Below, in pieces: positions 1 through 9,096 of a DNA stretch of 64,000 nt (position 1 is its first letter; each line of letters starts with the position of its first letter). Location: positions 26,647 through 90,646 of the forward strand of contig CAZVYP010000001.1 in assembly GCA_964631075.1 (NCBI GenBank). Direction: 5' to 3'. This stretch comes from an uncultured Methanocellales archaeon (GTDB lineage Archaea > Halobacteriota > JAWCLZ01). Below the pieces are notes generated by a model. The model saw only the letters and a list, made by a program, of their open reading frames with translations. It did not search any database and was not told the origin of the DNA. A program made the position numbers and the translations under genes.

Positions 1-32
1 CAACAATAAAAATCTCCGAAAAAGCCAGCGAA

Positions 33-1109
33 ATGAAACGCGCTGGAATCGAGGTTTTAAGCTTCAGCCTCGGGGAACCTGATTTCAGCACACCGGAGCA
101 CATCTCCAAAGCCGCAAAAGAAGCACTGGACAAAGGCCATACCCACTACGTGCCAAGCGCGGGAATACCAGAGCTACGCAAGGCAATTGCCGAGAAGCTG
201 AGAACTGAGAACCGCCTGAAAGTGCAGGCAGGGAACATCATCGTAACACCGGGCACAAAACATGCGATCTACGAAGCAGCCATGGCCCTTCTCGAAGAAG
301 GCGATGAAGCAGTGCTCTTTGACCCGGCTTGGGTATCATACGAAGCCTGCATCAAGCTCAGCGGAGCCAGAGTTGTCTGGGTGTCTTCCTACGGCAACTC
401 ACTCGTAACCGAACTGCTTGAGAAGATAACAAAGAAGACAAAACTGCTGGTAATCAACAGCCCAAACAACCCCAGCGGAGCAGTGCTATCCAAAAAAGAG
501 TTAAAAGCAATTGCGGACATCGCCCGGGAGCACAATATATATGTACTATCCGACGAGGTCTACGAGAAAATCATATACGGCGAAAAACACTACAGCATAG
601 GCTCGTTTGAAGGCTTGGAAGACCGAACCATAACAATAAACGGCTTCTCCAAAACATATGCGATGACCGGCTGGCGACTCGGCTATGCGGCTGTGCCAAA
701 GGAAGTATTTGAGGGCATGCTGAAGATACAGCAGCACTCAGTCAGCAGCGCAACCTCCTTTGCACAGTACGGCGCACTCGCAGCACTGATCTCAAGCCAG
801 AAATGCGTCGAAGAAATGACAGCAGAGTTCAAAGTGAGAAGAGATCTGATAGTAAATCACCTGGAGCAAATGAAGATCCAATACATCAAGCCAGACGGAG
901 CCTTCTACATCTTCGCAGATATAAACCCCTTCGGAAGCTCAGTTGACGTGGCAGAAAAGCTGCTCAACAAAGCCCACATCGCAGTAACACCAGGCAGCTC
1001 CTTCGGACCTGAAAGCGACCGCTATATCAGAATCTCCTACGCAACCTCACAGGCGAACATAAACGAAGGGATGCGCAGGATGAAGGAGGCGATTGAAAAC
1101 TGGACGTGA
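33..1109 (+). CDS. Class I/II pyridoxal-phosphate aminotransferase (aspartate aminotransferase-like)
   Basis: 358-aa ORF with aminotransferase fold motifs (LSFSLGEPDF, NSPNNPSGAV, FSKTYAMTGWRLGY, Lys in SKT). Paralog of 50426..51616. Confidence 0.8.
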   Translation: MKRAGIEVLSFSLGEPDFSTPEHISKAAKEALDKGHTHYVPSAGIPELRKAIAEKLRTENRLKVQAGNIIVTPGTKHAIYEAAMALLEEGDEAVLFDPAWVSYEACIKLSGARVVWVSSYGNSLVTELLEKITKKTKLLVINSPNNPSGAVLSKKELKAIADIAREHNIYVLSDEVYEKIIYGEKHYSIGSFEGLEDRTITINGFSKTYAMTGWRLGYAAVPKEVFEGMLKIQQHSVSSATSFAQYGALAALISSQKCVEEMTAEFKVRRDLIVNHLEQMKIQYIKPDGAFYIFADINPFGSSVDVAEKLLNKAHIAVTPGSSFGPESDRYIRISYATSQANINEGMRRMKEAIENWT

Positions 1110-1791
1110 GGAGAAGAGAGCGAGTGGAATGACTGTATTGGAGTACGAAATGCAGCATGGGCTCTGATAGCTATCATGAATCCATGAACATATCTACCAA
1201 ATTTTTTTGAGAGAAGCAATATGGGCGGAATTCAAAGCTTTTTATGATCCTGTTGGCAAATATGCCCTCCATGCAAACTTTGAAGTATATGCAATAATCG
1301 CTGAAAACACTCCTGCACAGTTCAGGGAGATGACAGCCCAGTATGGCATTATTGCAAAACCTATAGTACCGGCAGCCCCTCATAAAATGAGGCGAAGGTG
1401 CAATCCCGATCATACTTTGTACCTGCAGTAATAAATTTCACTTTGACTTAAATAACCCTATTGGCAAAATTATCACATCTGATTCTCAAAAATGAGAAAC
1501 ACCACGAATCTCTCATCCCAGAACTACTCTCGGTCGAGCAGCTCTTCATCAAGCGTTTTGGAGCCCCCAATCCCAGCCTCTTCCCGGGCTCCCATTCCTT
1601 GGATGATGCAAGGCAAGCAGAAAGAGCGCTGAAGAAAAATTTGACTATCAACTCATAGCGGCTCAAACCGAAGAAATATACGAAAAGCTATTCGAAGAAA
1701 AGTCACAGAATAAGAAGTAATAAATTACAACAGATCTGAAAAAAGCTGCCCAGTAAAGTTAAAGTACTTTTACGATAAATGGTCTCCTGTT

Positions 1792-1866
1792 GGGCCCGTG
1801 GCTTAGTCTGGATATAGCACCGGCCTTCTAAGCCGGTGGTCCGGGGTTCAAATCCCCGCGGGTCCG
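1792..1866 (+). tRNA. tRNA-Arg (anticodon TCT)
   Basis: Cloverleaf read by hand: acceptor GGGCCCG/CGGGUCC (one G-U), anticodon stem CCGGC/GCCGG with loop CUUCUAA, T-arm CGGGG-UUCAAAU-CCCCG, discriminator G, no encoded CCA. Confidence 0.85.
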
Positions 1867-1947
1867 CTTTCTATATCAGTACTTACAGCTGCTTTTATGC
1901 CGCATTTACAAATCATTTTAAGTATGATCAATCCTATTTTATCATCT

Positions 1948-2802
1948 ATGAAGCTTCGTGGAAGGGCAATGGCTTGCGGTGCAGGCACAATAATCAACGC
2001 CATTGCAACGTGGAAGGGAGCTGCTTTTGCAATCGATTTGAAAACCACTGCTGAGGTGGAGATCAGCGATCGATACAGAGGTGTGAAGGGTAAGGTTGCT
2101 GGCGGTGGAGATGCGCGATTGATAGAGCGATGCGTGGAGCTTGTGCTCCGGAGATTTAAAATCAAAAGCGGCGCGAGAGTTAAAACTTGGAGCGAAGTGC
2201 CCATGGCAAGGGGTTTGAAGAGCAGCAGTGCTGCCGCAAATGCCTCGATGCTCGCTGCGCTCAGCGCGCTTGATGAGAAGTTAGAGCCGCTTGAGGCTGT
2301 TAAGCTTGGCGTTAAAGCGGCGAGGGATAGCGGCGTTACCATCACGGGTGCGTTTGATGATGCATGTGCTTCTTTCCTCGGCGGCATTGTGGTTACTGAT
2401 AACAGAGAGCACATTTTGATTAAAAGGATTGAATATGAGGCTGTAGCCGTAATTTATGTGCCCGACAGGCTTGCTTTTACTAAAGATGTTGATGTTAAGA
2501 GGGTTGAGACAATCGCGCCTTTTGTTGATATTGCCTTTGATCTTGCGCTTGAGGGCGAGTTTGAACTGGCGATGACGTTGAATGGCTTGCTGTATTGCAG
2601 TGCTCTGGGCTTTAATCCTGAGCCGATAATCAGCGCCATCGAGAGTGGAGCGAGGGCAGCGAGTTTATCCGGGAAGGGACCTGCAATAATTGCTCTTGCT
2701 GATGAAGATGATGTTAAGGAGATTCGCAGGGACTGGAGAAAACTGCGCGGAAAGATTATAATTTCGAAGGTTAATAACACTGGAGCAGGAGTGCTTGCTT
2801 AG
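1948..2802 (+). CDS. aroK: Archaeal GHMP-type shikimate kinase
   Basis: GTIINAIATWKGAAFAIDL and GAFDDACASFLGG resemble archaeal shikimate kinases (MJ1440 family). Start moved to the internal Met (MKLRGRAMACGAG), because the ORF-track start at 1897 lies 30 nt after the tRNA. Confidence 0.75.
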   Translation: MKLRGRAMACGAGTIINAIATWKGAAFAIDLKTTAEVEISDRYRGVKGKVAGGGDARLIERCVELVLRRFKIKSGARVKTWSEVPMARGLKSSSAAANASMLAALSALDEKLEPLEAVKLGVKAARDSGVTITGAFDDACASFLGGIVVTDNREHILIKRIEYEAVAVIYVPDRLAFTKDVDVKRVETIAPFVDIAFDLALEGEFELAMTLNGLLYCSALGFNPEPIISAIESGARAASLSGKGPAIIALADEDDVKEIRRDWRKLRGKIIISKVNNTGAGVLA

Positions 2803-3099
2803 GTGAGATGCATGCCAACAAGATCTCTGGAGAAAGTTAGAGCCGAGTTGGATAAGATCGATGAGCAAATTATCGAGCTGATCGAAAGAAGGACAAGGCT
2901 TGCGGAGGATATTCTGGCGGCCAAAATGGAGGCTAACGTCGGCATTGACGACCCCGATCGGACCAAAAAAGTTCTGAAGAGGGCGGGCAGCAGAGCAGCG
3001 GAGAAAGGTCTTGACGTCGAAGCTGTGAAGCGGATTTTCGAAATTCTTGTGGAGATGAATACTCTCCGTCAAAAGGAGTTAATGGGCAGGTTTTTTTAA
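2803..3099 (+). CDS. Chorismate mutase (AroQ class)
   Basis: 98-aa all-helical protein with RAELDKIDEQIIELIERRTRLAEDI... typical of AroQ chorismate mutases. Adjacent to shikimate kinase. Confidence 0.7.
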   Translation: MRCMPTRSLEKVRAELDKIDEQIIELIERRTRLAEDILAAKMEANVGIDDPDRTKKVLKRAGSRAAEKGLDVEAVKRIFEILVEMNTLRQKELMGRFF

Positions 3100-3840
3100 A
3101 TTTGCACCGGCGATAAGACCTACAAGCAAGCCTGATAGATGTGCTGCGTGTGCGATTGCATCGCCTGTGCCCATCATCAGAAAATCGATCAGAGCAAAGA
3201 AAATGACTGCCATTCCTATTTTCATTGGAATGAAGTATATGTAAACTGTCATATTTGGCTCGAGCATTGCCAGTGCGCCGAAAACGCCGTAGAGGGCTCC
3301 GCTTGCACCAAGCACGGGGTTTATCGAGGTTAAGCTATGGCCTATTCCTGCGATTATTCCTGATGTGAAAAATATAAGCAGGAACATCTTGCTGCCGATT
3401 TTTTTCTCGAGCGCTGGTGCGAAGAAGATCATGAACAGCACGTTGAAGAAGAAGTGATAAAATCCGCCATGCAGGAAGATATGCGTGATCAGTGTCCAGG
3501 GTCTCTGTTCGATATTCAGAGGCCTTAATATCAGTAGCTCGGTGTAACCAGGAATGAGTTGCAGTATGAATGAGATGGAAATAATGAACAGTAGTAAATA
3601 GGAATAGTTCTTTGAGAAAAGGCTGAGTGGAGCAAGAACTCTACTTGCTATTCCTGGCTGTGCTTTAGTCGGTTTTTCCCTTGATATGATTTTTCCTTCT
3701 CTGAGATCTTTTTTATATTTTTCCAGCCCCACGCACCAGTGGTTTTCCGGCAGGCGGTGCTCCTCGCAAAAGCTGTCGCCACAGAATCTGCATTTGTACG
3801 GTAGATATATCTGCTTTCCGCAGACAGTGCACTGTGCCAT
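3079..3840 (-). CDS. Rhomboid-family intramembrane serine protease with N-terminal AN1-type zinc finger
   Basis: N-terminus CTVCGKQIYLPYKCRFCGDSFCEEHRLPENHWC (zf-AN1 pattern). C-terminal multi-TM region has the rhomboid motifs GASGALYG (catalytic Ser) and AHAAHLSG (catalytic His). Confidence 0.75.
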   Translation of the reverse strand: MAQCTVCGKQIYLPYKCRFCGDSFCEEHRLPENHWCVGLEKYKKDLREGKIISREKPTKAQPGIASRVLAPLSLFSKNYSYLLLFIISISFILQLIPGYTELLILRPLNIEQRPWTLITHIFLHGGFYHFFFNVLFMIFFAPALEKKIGSKMFLLIFFTSGIIAGIGHSLTSINPVLGASGALYGVFGALAMLEPNMTVYIYFIPMKIGMAVIFFALIDFLMMGTGDAIAHAAHLSGLLVGLIAGANLKKPAH

Positions 3841-3943
3841 TTACTGGGAGATGATGATGCCTGCGAAAATAAAACTTTGTATATATCAAAAAGATTATTA
3901 ACCAAAATACTGAATTATTGATACGTTAAAGAGGTATAAGTGT

Positions 3944-4198
3944 ATGGCCAAGATATTTGCAAAGCATCTGTCTGATCGAAAAGTTGTCACCACCGATGGC
4001 GCAGCAATAGGCACGCTCTACAATATTACGATAGACTTAAAAACAGGTCGCCTTGTCGAGCTTGTTGTAAAGCCTGACCCGGCTGCCAATATTTCAGGGT
4101 ATACTGCTGAAGATGGCTTTATCATGTTACCGTTTGAATGTGTTAGAGCTGTTCAGGACTTTATCGCAATAGATAAAAAAGCAGCGGTTGTTCAATAG
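3944..4198 (+). CDS. PRC-barrel domain protein
   Basis: 84-aa protein (VVTTDGAAIGTLYNITIDLKTGRLVELVV) typical of archaeal PRC-barrel proteins. Confidence 0.55.
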   Translation: MAKIFAKHLSDRKVVTTDGAAIGTLYNITIDLKTGRLVELVVKPDPAANISGYTAEDGFIMLPFECVRAVQDFIAIDKKAAVVQ

Positions 4199-4931
4199 CT
4201 GTGTGAGCTGGTTTGCGGTGCGGCGCTTGCTATTTTTTCCCATCGCACTACCTTTGTTCGTCCTGCTGATCATCCTTATTCCAATCGTTTTGGTTTTATT
4301 CATGCTTAATATTGGCTTTACGGTATTCGAGGTACTTGGGTTCACTCCAGCAGTTGCAGTTATAATTTTGACAGGAATAATATTTGGAAGCCTGATAAAC
4401 ATTCCAATTTATGAGTTTTCCACAAGACACGAGCCGCTTATTTCAGAAGCTGATATCGAAACCGGAGTGCCGTATAGAATACAGTGGAGGGAGAGCAGAA
4501 CTGTGCTTGCGATAAATGTTGGAGGAGGGGTAATTCCACTGGCCATTTCAATTTATTTCCTTACAAGTATTCCTTTAGCCGCGTTTCTGTTCACAACATG
4601 CTTTGTTTCTCTGGTTGCATATTTTATATCCAGACCTGTTTCTGGATGGGGGATCACGGTGCCACTTTTGGTTCCTCCCCTCGCTACACTTGCAATTGCC
4701 TACTCCACGCTTTATTTCAGCGGAGGATTGCCTCACTTAGCAAAGCTTGCCTTTGCATCTGGCGTTTGCGGTGTTATAATTGGAGCTGATTTGCTTAATA
4801 TTCCCAAGGTGAAGAAAAATGGTACACATGTTATGAGTATTGGCGGGGCTGGCACTTTTGATGGCATTTTGCTGACTGCGATTTTTGCAACAATCGCCGC
4901 CGCTCTCCTAGCTGCAGGGAGCATATACTGA
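4188..4931 (+). CDS. Polytopic membrane protein (DUF1614-like)
   Basis: 247 aa with multiple hydrophobic spans and an INVGGGVIP motif. Start overlaps the upstream gene stop. Confidence 0.45.
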   Translation: MFNSCVSWFAVRRLLFFPIALPLFVLLIILIPIVLVLFMLNIGFTVFEVLGFTPAVAVIILTGIIFGSLINIPIYEFSTRHEPLISEADIETGVPYRIQWRESRTVLAINVGGGVIPLAISIYFLTSIPLAAFLFTTCFVSLVAYFISRPVSGWGITVPLLVPPLATLAIAYSTLYFSGGLPHLAKLAFASGVCGVIIGADLLNIPKVKKNGTHVMSIGGAGTFDGILLTAIFATIAAALLAAGSIY

Positions 4932-5285
4932 TGGGGCTTGGAGCTGTGAAAAGGAGCCGGTAACAGGCTGAGATTTTGGAGTTGTCCCTCGACACTAACC
5001 CCGGGGGATCATCCGTTGGCGAGCGCCGCTGTCCATCCCGGTAAACCCTGTGTCGAGGAGTGTTTCGCGCTATGGTTGTCTCAAGGTCATTGCCTGGATA
5101 TTCCATTTACTCCCGTGAGGACCTATATAGCACGAGATGTCGCCCTCTTTTTGCTCAGACGCTCATCCGCTCTAGAATAGAGTGTTGCGCCAGTCCTCGT
5201 TGAGGGCTATATAATGTTTCTCTGTTCTTGATATAAATGTATTGAAGAGTTTATTAAATTAAATCAAAATAAATTAAAAAATAAA

Positions 5286-5570
5286 TTAATGGGCTTTGGT
5301 TGCTTCAGCCACAGTTCTCTCTGCCAATTCCTGCATGCGAATTGAGATCCTGCTTGTTCCTGAAGAGTCCCCATCGCTCATAAGCGTTGCAAGTTTGGTG
5401 CCTAAAACAAAGATAGCATGTTTGTGCTCAGCCTTGCTGCGATGGATGTGCAATGGACTTATATGCAAAGAATTGTAGTCCGAAAAATCGCCGCCCATTC
5501 CATTTTGTTCAAAATAGCGTTTTATCTGTACCAACAAAGAATGCAGATGTATCAGTTCCTCCTTATGCAA
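5286..5570 (-). CDS. UPF0058-family small protein
   Basis: 94 aa starting MHKEELIHLHSLLVQIKRYFE, resembling archaeal UPF0058 proteins. Flanked by AT-rich spacers. Confidence 0.45.
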   Translation of the reverse strand: MHKEELIHLHSLLVQIKRYFEQNGMGGDFSDYNSLHISPLHIHRSKAEHKHAIFVLGTKLATLMSDGDSSGTSRISIRMQELAERTVAEATKAH

Positions 5571-5795
5571 AGTTTCAACCCCATTTTGCGTAGCCTTCGC
5601 AATCTAGCGATAAACTAGCTTAAGTTTATGTGTACTAAAAGATTATGTAGGAAAATAGTTTCCTATAATCTTTATAAGTAATTACCTCATTTTTTTTCTA
5701 AAAAAGTGTTTAAAAAATTAAAAATTAAATGTTAAACTATTAACAATTAATTGCCGTTTAGCTTTTTCCAATTTAATCCTGTGACACCATCCATT

Positions 5796-7088
5796 CTATA
5801 TGTTTTCCGCTGTCAAAATCTTGACCGACATAGGCTTCTTAACAATATTGCCCAGCTTAACACCAACCAGGTAATTGAGTTTCTTCTCAGCAGCGATGTC
5901 GATTATCCTCTGGGTAATAACCCCGTCGAAGACCACACTTCGAACGTTGGTATCTGTTTCTTTAAGCGCCCTCGCAAGATCTCTAACTGCCACTTCTTTA
6001 ATCACATTTCTGTTTTCATCAAGCAGCTTCGCACTCAAAGTACCGCTCAGCTCCTCAACAAACCGCTTGAACTCAGTACCCTCTTTCTCGCTCTCTACCC
6101 TCGGCTCAAGCGCTTTGGTGAGCTCTTCCACACGCCCCTCTTCGCTGGTTGGTACAACCCGAATTTCCTCCTTTGGCACCGTTACTGGTTCCTCGCGATG
6201 CATTATTCTCCTCTTCGAAGCCATCTCCCTGCGTCTGAACCTTCGCTCCTTTGCCTGCTGCATATCGATTACCTGCTCAACCGGGAGCTTTCCCCTCAGT
6301 GCCTTAACGATTTCTTTCTGAGTCAGATCTTCAACGCCCTTACCCTCAGGGGCTCTGGCAACGTAGTCCACGTCGGCCACCTGCAGCAGCTCTTTAAGCA
6401 GCAAATCGCCACCTCGATCCCCATCAAGGAAGACCGTAACAGTTTTGTTTTTGCTGAGCTCACCTATCACATGCGGAACATTTGTACCCTCGACAGCGAT
6501 TGCATTTTTGATGCCGCACTTCAGCAAATTGAGCACATCTGCCCTGCCTTCGACAACGAGAATGGCATCAGAACCCACAACATTTGGCCCAGCCGGCAAG
6601 GCATCGTCGCCAAAAAAGGTTATCTCCTCTACCCTCACGGCTTGCTTCACCGCTTCGATGAGCTCCTGACTCTCAGGCATTGTTTCGTCGAGCATGGTTG
6701 TAAGAATCAACCTTGCCCTTTCTATGATCTGCTTCCTCTTACTTACCCTGACATCCTCAATTTTATCCACTTTAATGTTTGCAATACAAGGCCCGACTCT
6801 GTCAACTGTCTCAAGAGCCGCAGCCAGCACAGAAGTCTCGATTTTATCCAGACTTGAAGGTATCAATATTGTTCCGTTCGACTTTCCAAATTTGGATTCA
6901 ATGTTTACCTCTATGCGTCCAATTCTACCGGTCTTCTGAAGATCTCTGAGATCAAGATCACTGCCGAGCAATCCCTCAGTTTGACCGAATATCGCTCCAA
7001 CTACATCGGGGCGCTCAACCACGCCCTCCGCATTAATGTGAGCGTGAATAACATACTTAGTCGTATCCGAAGCTTCCATATTTACCAT
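5796..7088 (-). CDS. dnaG: DNA primase DnaG (archaeal Toprim-domain)
   Basis: 430 aa with archaeal DnaG N-terminus (KYVIHAHINAEGVVERPDVVGAIFGQTEGLLG) and Toprim core (ILVVEGRADVLNLLKCGIKNAIAVEGT ... FLDGDRGGDLL). Confidence 0.9.
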   Translation of the reverse strand: MVNMEASDTTKYVIHAHINAEGVVERPDVVGAIFGQTEGLLGSDLDLRDLQKTGRIGRIEVNIESKFGKSNGTILIPSSLDKIETSVLAAALETVDRVGPCIANIKVDKIEDVRVSKRKQIIERARLILTTMLDETMPESQELIEAVKQAVRVEEITFFGDDALPAGPNVVGSDAILVVEGRADVLNLLKCGIKNAIAVEGTNVPHVIGELSKNKTVTVFLDGDRGGDLLLKELLQVADVDYVARAPEGKGVEDLTQKEIVKALRGKLPVEQVIDMQQAKERRFRRREMASKRRIMHREEPVTVPKEEIRVVPTSEEGRVEELTKALEPRVESEKEGTEFKRFVEELSGTLSAKLLDENRNVIKEVAVRDLARALKETDTNVRSVVFDGVITQRIIDIAAEKKLNYLVGVKLGNIVKKPMSVKILTAENI

Positions 7089-7292
7089 CTCCAGAAAAAT
7101 AGCCAGATAACCGATTAGCCTGAAAGATCAGGCCCCTTTGCCTTCTTACATCCCTTACATATTTCTAACAACGGTAATGAGATGAATGTCATATTACTTT
7201 ATCCAGCCATTTTCCATGATTAAGATTTAATTAACAAAAATAGTATTGACGTTAAAGGTTTAATAATTTGTGGTATAATTGCAAAAACCGGT

Positions 7293-7697
7293 CTACTCCT
7301 CAACCCCGCACTGTACCCGCAATCTGGCGATATAGCCCGCGAGGTTCTCAACTTCTATCACTTCCTTTTTTACAAGAGCACCCAGATTTAATCTGATCCC
7401 CATATTTGGCGTGCACCCGAAAGACGTCAGATAACCGCTTATTTTCCTGGCCAGCATTTCACCTTCCTTATCCCAGTCGGTCATTACAATGATCTCCCTG
7501 CTATTGTCTGCCGCGTTCTCTGAAAACTGGAAAAGAGGAAAACGCGAGGCAAAAATTATCTCACCTTTTATACCGAGATCGCGAAGTGCCCTTCGATCCT
7601 TTCTCCCTTCGACAACAATAGTTGCACCATTACTTGAGAACTCTCCGAGTTCCTTAATAATCAGTTCAATTCGTTTTAAACGTTCCTCGTCACGCAT
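7293..7697 (-). CDS. Small Toprim-domain protein (UPF0292-like)
   Basis: 134 aa with a Toprim signature (TIVVEGRKDRRALRDLGI ... IIVMTDWDKEGE). Lies immediately upstream of dnaG on the same strand. Confidence 0.6.
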   Translation of the reverse strand: MRDEERLKRIELIIKELGEFSSNGATIVVEGRKDRRALRDLGIKGEIIFASRFPLFQFSENAADNSREIIVMTDWDKEGEMLARKISGYLTSFGCTPNMGIRLNLGALVKKEVIEVENLAGYIARLRVQCGVEE

Positions 7698-7736
7698 CTT
7701 TTAAGTGCCCCTTTTTTTTGCACAGCTAAATGCAAC

Positions 7737-8309
7737 CTAGCCATTTCCGCCTTCTGAAAAAATCTGTCCTTCAAACCTGTATATACTGACATCCTCATCC
7801 CACCAGGCATCAGGAGGCAGTCCCGCTTTCATGCAGGTATGGCTTAGAAATTCGTCAGCATCCCAGCCTTGTTCAACCGGCACCTGCGGCAGAAGAAGCC
7901 CGCTTCGCATCCCCTTCTTCACGATCAATCCATGTTTGCCAACAACAATTTCCCTGACCAGATCCTTTGGCTTCGCTTTGATGTGTTCAACTGGCGTTAG
8001 CACTGTGACCTCGATCTCCAGATCTCCCAGCTCCCGAGCTTCAACAGGATAAAAGCGTGGGTCGCCTGTGGCAGCGCATATAGCAGAATCCACCACGGCT
8101 TCTCCGAGTGGCATATCTGGATAAGGATGCCCTATGCAGCCTCTTAAATCGCCGTGCTTGTGGAGTGAGACAAAAATACCGCGCTTTTCCTTTAGAGCTC
8201 CGCTCATAGCTGGTTTGATCCTGCTCCGTGTCTTCAGATACCTCTCAATAGAGTCTCTGGCAAGGCGAAGTAAACTTTCTCCTTCCTCCTGCGTAAGAAG
8301 CTTTAACAT
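7737..8309 (-). CDS. AMMECR1-domain protein
   Basis: 190 aa with the conserved AMMECR1 core (RGIFVSLHKHGDLRGCIGHP ... GLLLPQV). Confidence 0.8.
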   Translation of the reverse strand: MLKLLTQEEGESLLRLARDSIERYLKTRSRIKPAMSGALKEKRGIFVSLHKHGDLRGCIGHPYPDMPLGEAVVDSAICAATGDPRFYPVEARELGDLEIEVTVLTPVEHIKAKPKDLVREIVVGKHGLIVKKGMRSGLLLPQVPVEQGWDADEFLSHTCMKAGLPPDAWWDEDVSIYRFEGQIFSEGGNG

Positions 8310-8365
8310 ATTTATCTATAATTCTAAGCGCAAGTTATAAGCCTTTTCTTAATTTAAATATAAAG

Positions 8366-8735
8366 GGGAGAGTGGAAGGGCAGCCGCCGGTGCTTCAAAG
8401 AAGTGCTGAGGAAAGTCCCCCCACCATCCGGACAGACGAGCGTGCGCAAGCACGCAGGGCGAGAGCTCTGGCTCTGGCACAGCCACGACACGTCCAGGCG
8501 AATGGGATGAGACGGCAAGCGTGAAAACGCAGAAGGAATTCAGCAATGGACTCCGAGCTAACCCGTCGACGACTCGCTTGGGAGCGATGGAACGGCGAAT
8601 CCTCGTCGGTGCAAGCCAGTAAGGGAAAAAGTCCGGATAAACCCTTGGTAGGCGCTAAGCCAAATGCTGCATGGTCCAAATCTCTGCCTGCGCGGAGGGG
8701 CCTAACCGAAGGGGGCTTATTCTCCACACTCCCGA
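8366..8735 (+). ncRNA. rnpB: RNase P RNA (archaeal type)
   Basis: ~370-nt GC-rich gap with no credible CDS. 5' GGGAGAGUGGA (8366-8376) pairs with 3' UCCACACUCCC (8723-8733) as P1. A P3-like hairpin GUGCUUC-AAA-GAAGUGC is followed by the CR-I-like GAGGAAAGUCCCCCC (8409-8422). That strand pairs with GGGGGCUUA (8711-8719) leaving one bulged nucleotide, as in helix P4. The 3' strand is preceded by ACCGAA (CR-V-like ACNRAA...GGCUUA). Confidence 0.6.
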
Positions 8736-8744
8736 TTGATATTA

Positions 8745-8820
<76 letters not shown>

Positions 8821-8830
8821 TGCTAGAAAG

Positions 8831-9052
8831 TTATTTTCCGATTCTCTGAACTGCCAGTGCTATATCCTCTGCCTTTATTGTTTTTCTGCCAGCATGCCTG
8901 GCAAGCACTGCTGCTTCCTGCGAGATCTTCAATGCATAATTTTCAAGCACCTCAGCAAGTGCCACGCATGCTTCGTCACTAACGCGCTCTGCTCCCGCTG
9001 CTTTCATGAGCCTTGCCATCGGTGCGTTGGGCAATTCCAATTCTTTTGGCAC
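8831..9052 (-). CDS. Archaeal histone (HMf family)
   Basis: Histone-fold sequence ELPNAPMARLMKAAGAERVSDEACVALAEVLENYALKISQEAAVLARHAGRKTIKAEDIALAVQ. The ORF-track start (9103) would place a TATA box inside the CDS. An in-frame GTG at 9052 preceded by GGTGA gives a 73-aa protein starting MPKELELPNAP. Confidence 0.75.
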   Translation of the reverse strand: MPKELELPNAPMARLMKAAGAERVSDEACVALAEVLENYALKISQEAAVLARHAGRKTIKAEDIALAVQRIGK

Positions 9053-9080
9053 ATTTCTCACCTTGCTTAAGATTAGAGGG

Positions 9081-9096
9081 CTTTTTATAAATAACT
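9081..9096 (-). promoter_or_regulatory. BRE/TATA-like promoter element for the histone gene
   Basis: Minus-strand reading gaaagttaTTTATAAAaag lies ~25-30 nt upstream of the proposed GTG start. This matches archaeal BRE+TATA spacing with a short leader. Confidence 0.45.

Noticed and set aside
1207-1431. 74-aa ORF downstream of the first aminotransferase
   Set aside because: It begins with TTG rather than ATG and has no RBS or recognisable domain. It could be a small protein, but the support is insufficient.
3139-3333. Cys/His-rich 64-aa ORF (MCCVCDCIACAHHQ...)
   Set aside because: Lies antisense within the rhomboid protease gene. The Cys richness is a codon-mirror effect of the Ala/Gly-rich TM region on the other strand.
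4831-5106. 91-aa minus-strand ORF in the 4932-5285 non-coding region
   Set aside because: Arg/Pro-rich low complexity, no RBS or start context. The region is better explained as structured RNA.
4932-5285. Hypothesis that this region is SRP (7S) RNA
   Set aside because: A helix-8-like GNRA/GGAGC motif is present. It sits at the very 5' edge of the gap on the plus strand, so a canonical ~300-nt SRP RNA would have to start >140 nt inside the upstream CDS. Not assigned, and kept only as an unclassified candidate ncRNA.
5751-6857. 368-aa plus-strand ORF and several Ser-rich ORFs (5875-6321, 6445-6669, 6694-6939) antisense to dnaG
   Set aside because: They lie entirely inside the strongly supported DnaG CDS on the other strand. 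Translations are low-complexity Ser/Leu-rich, the mirror of the sense codons.
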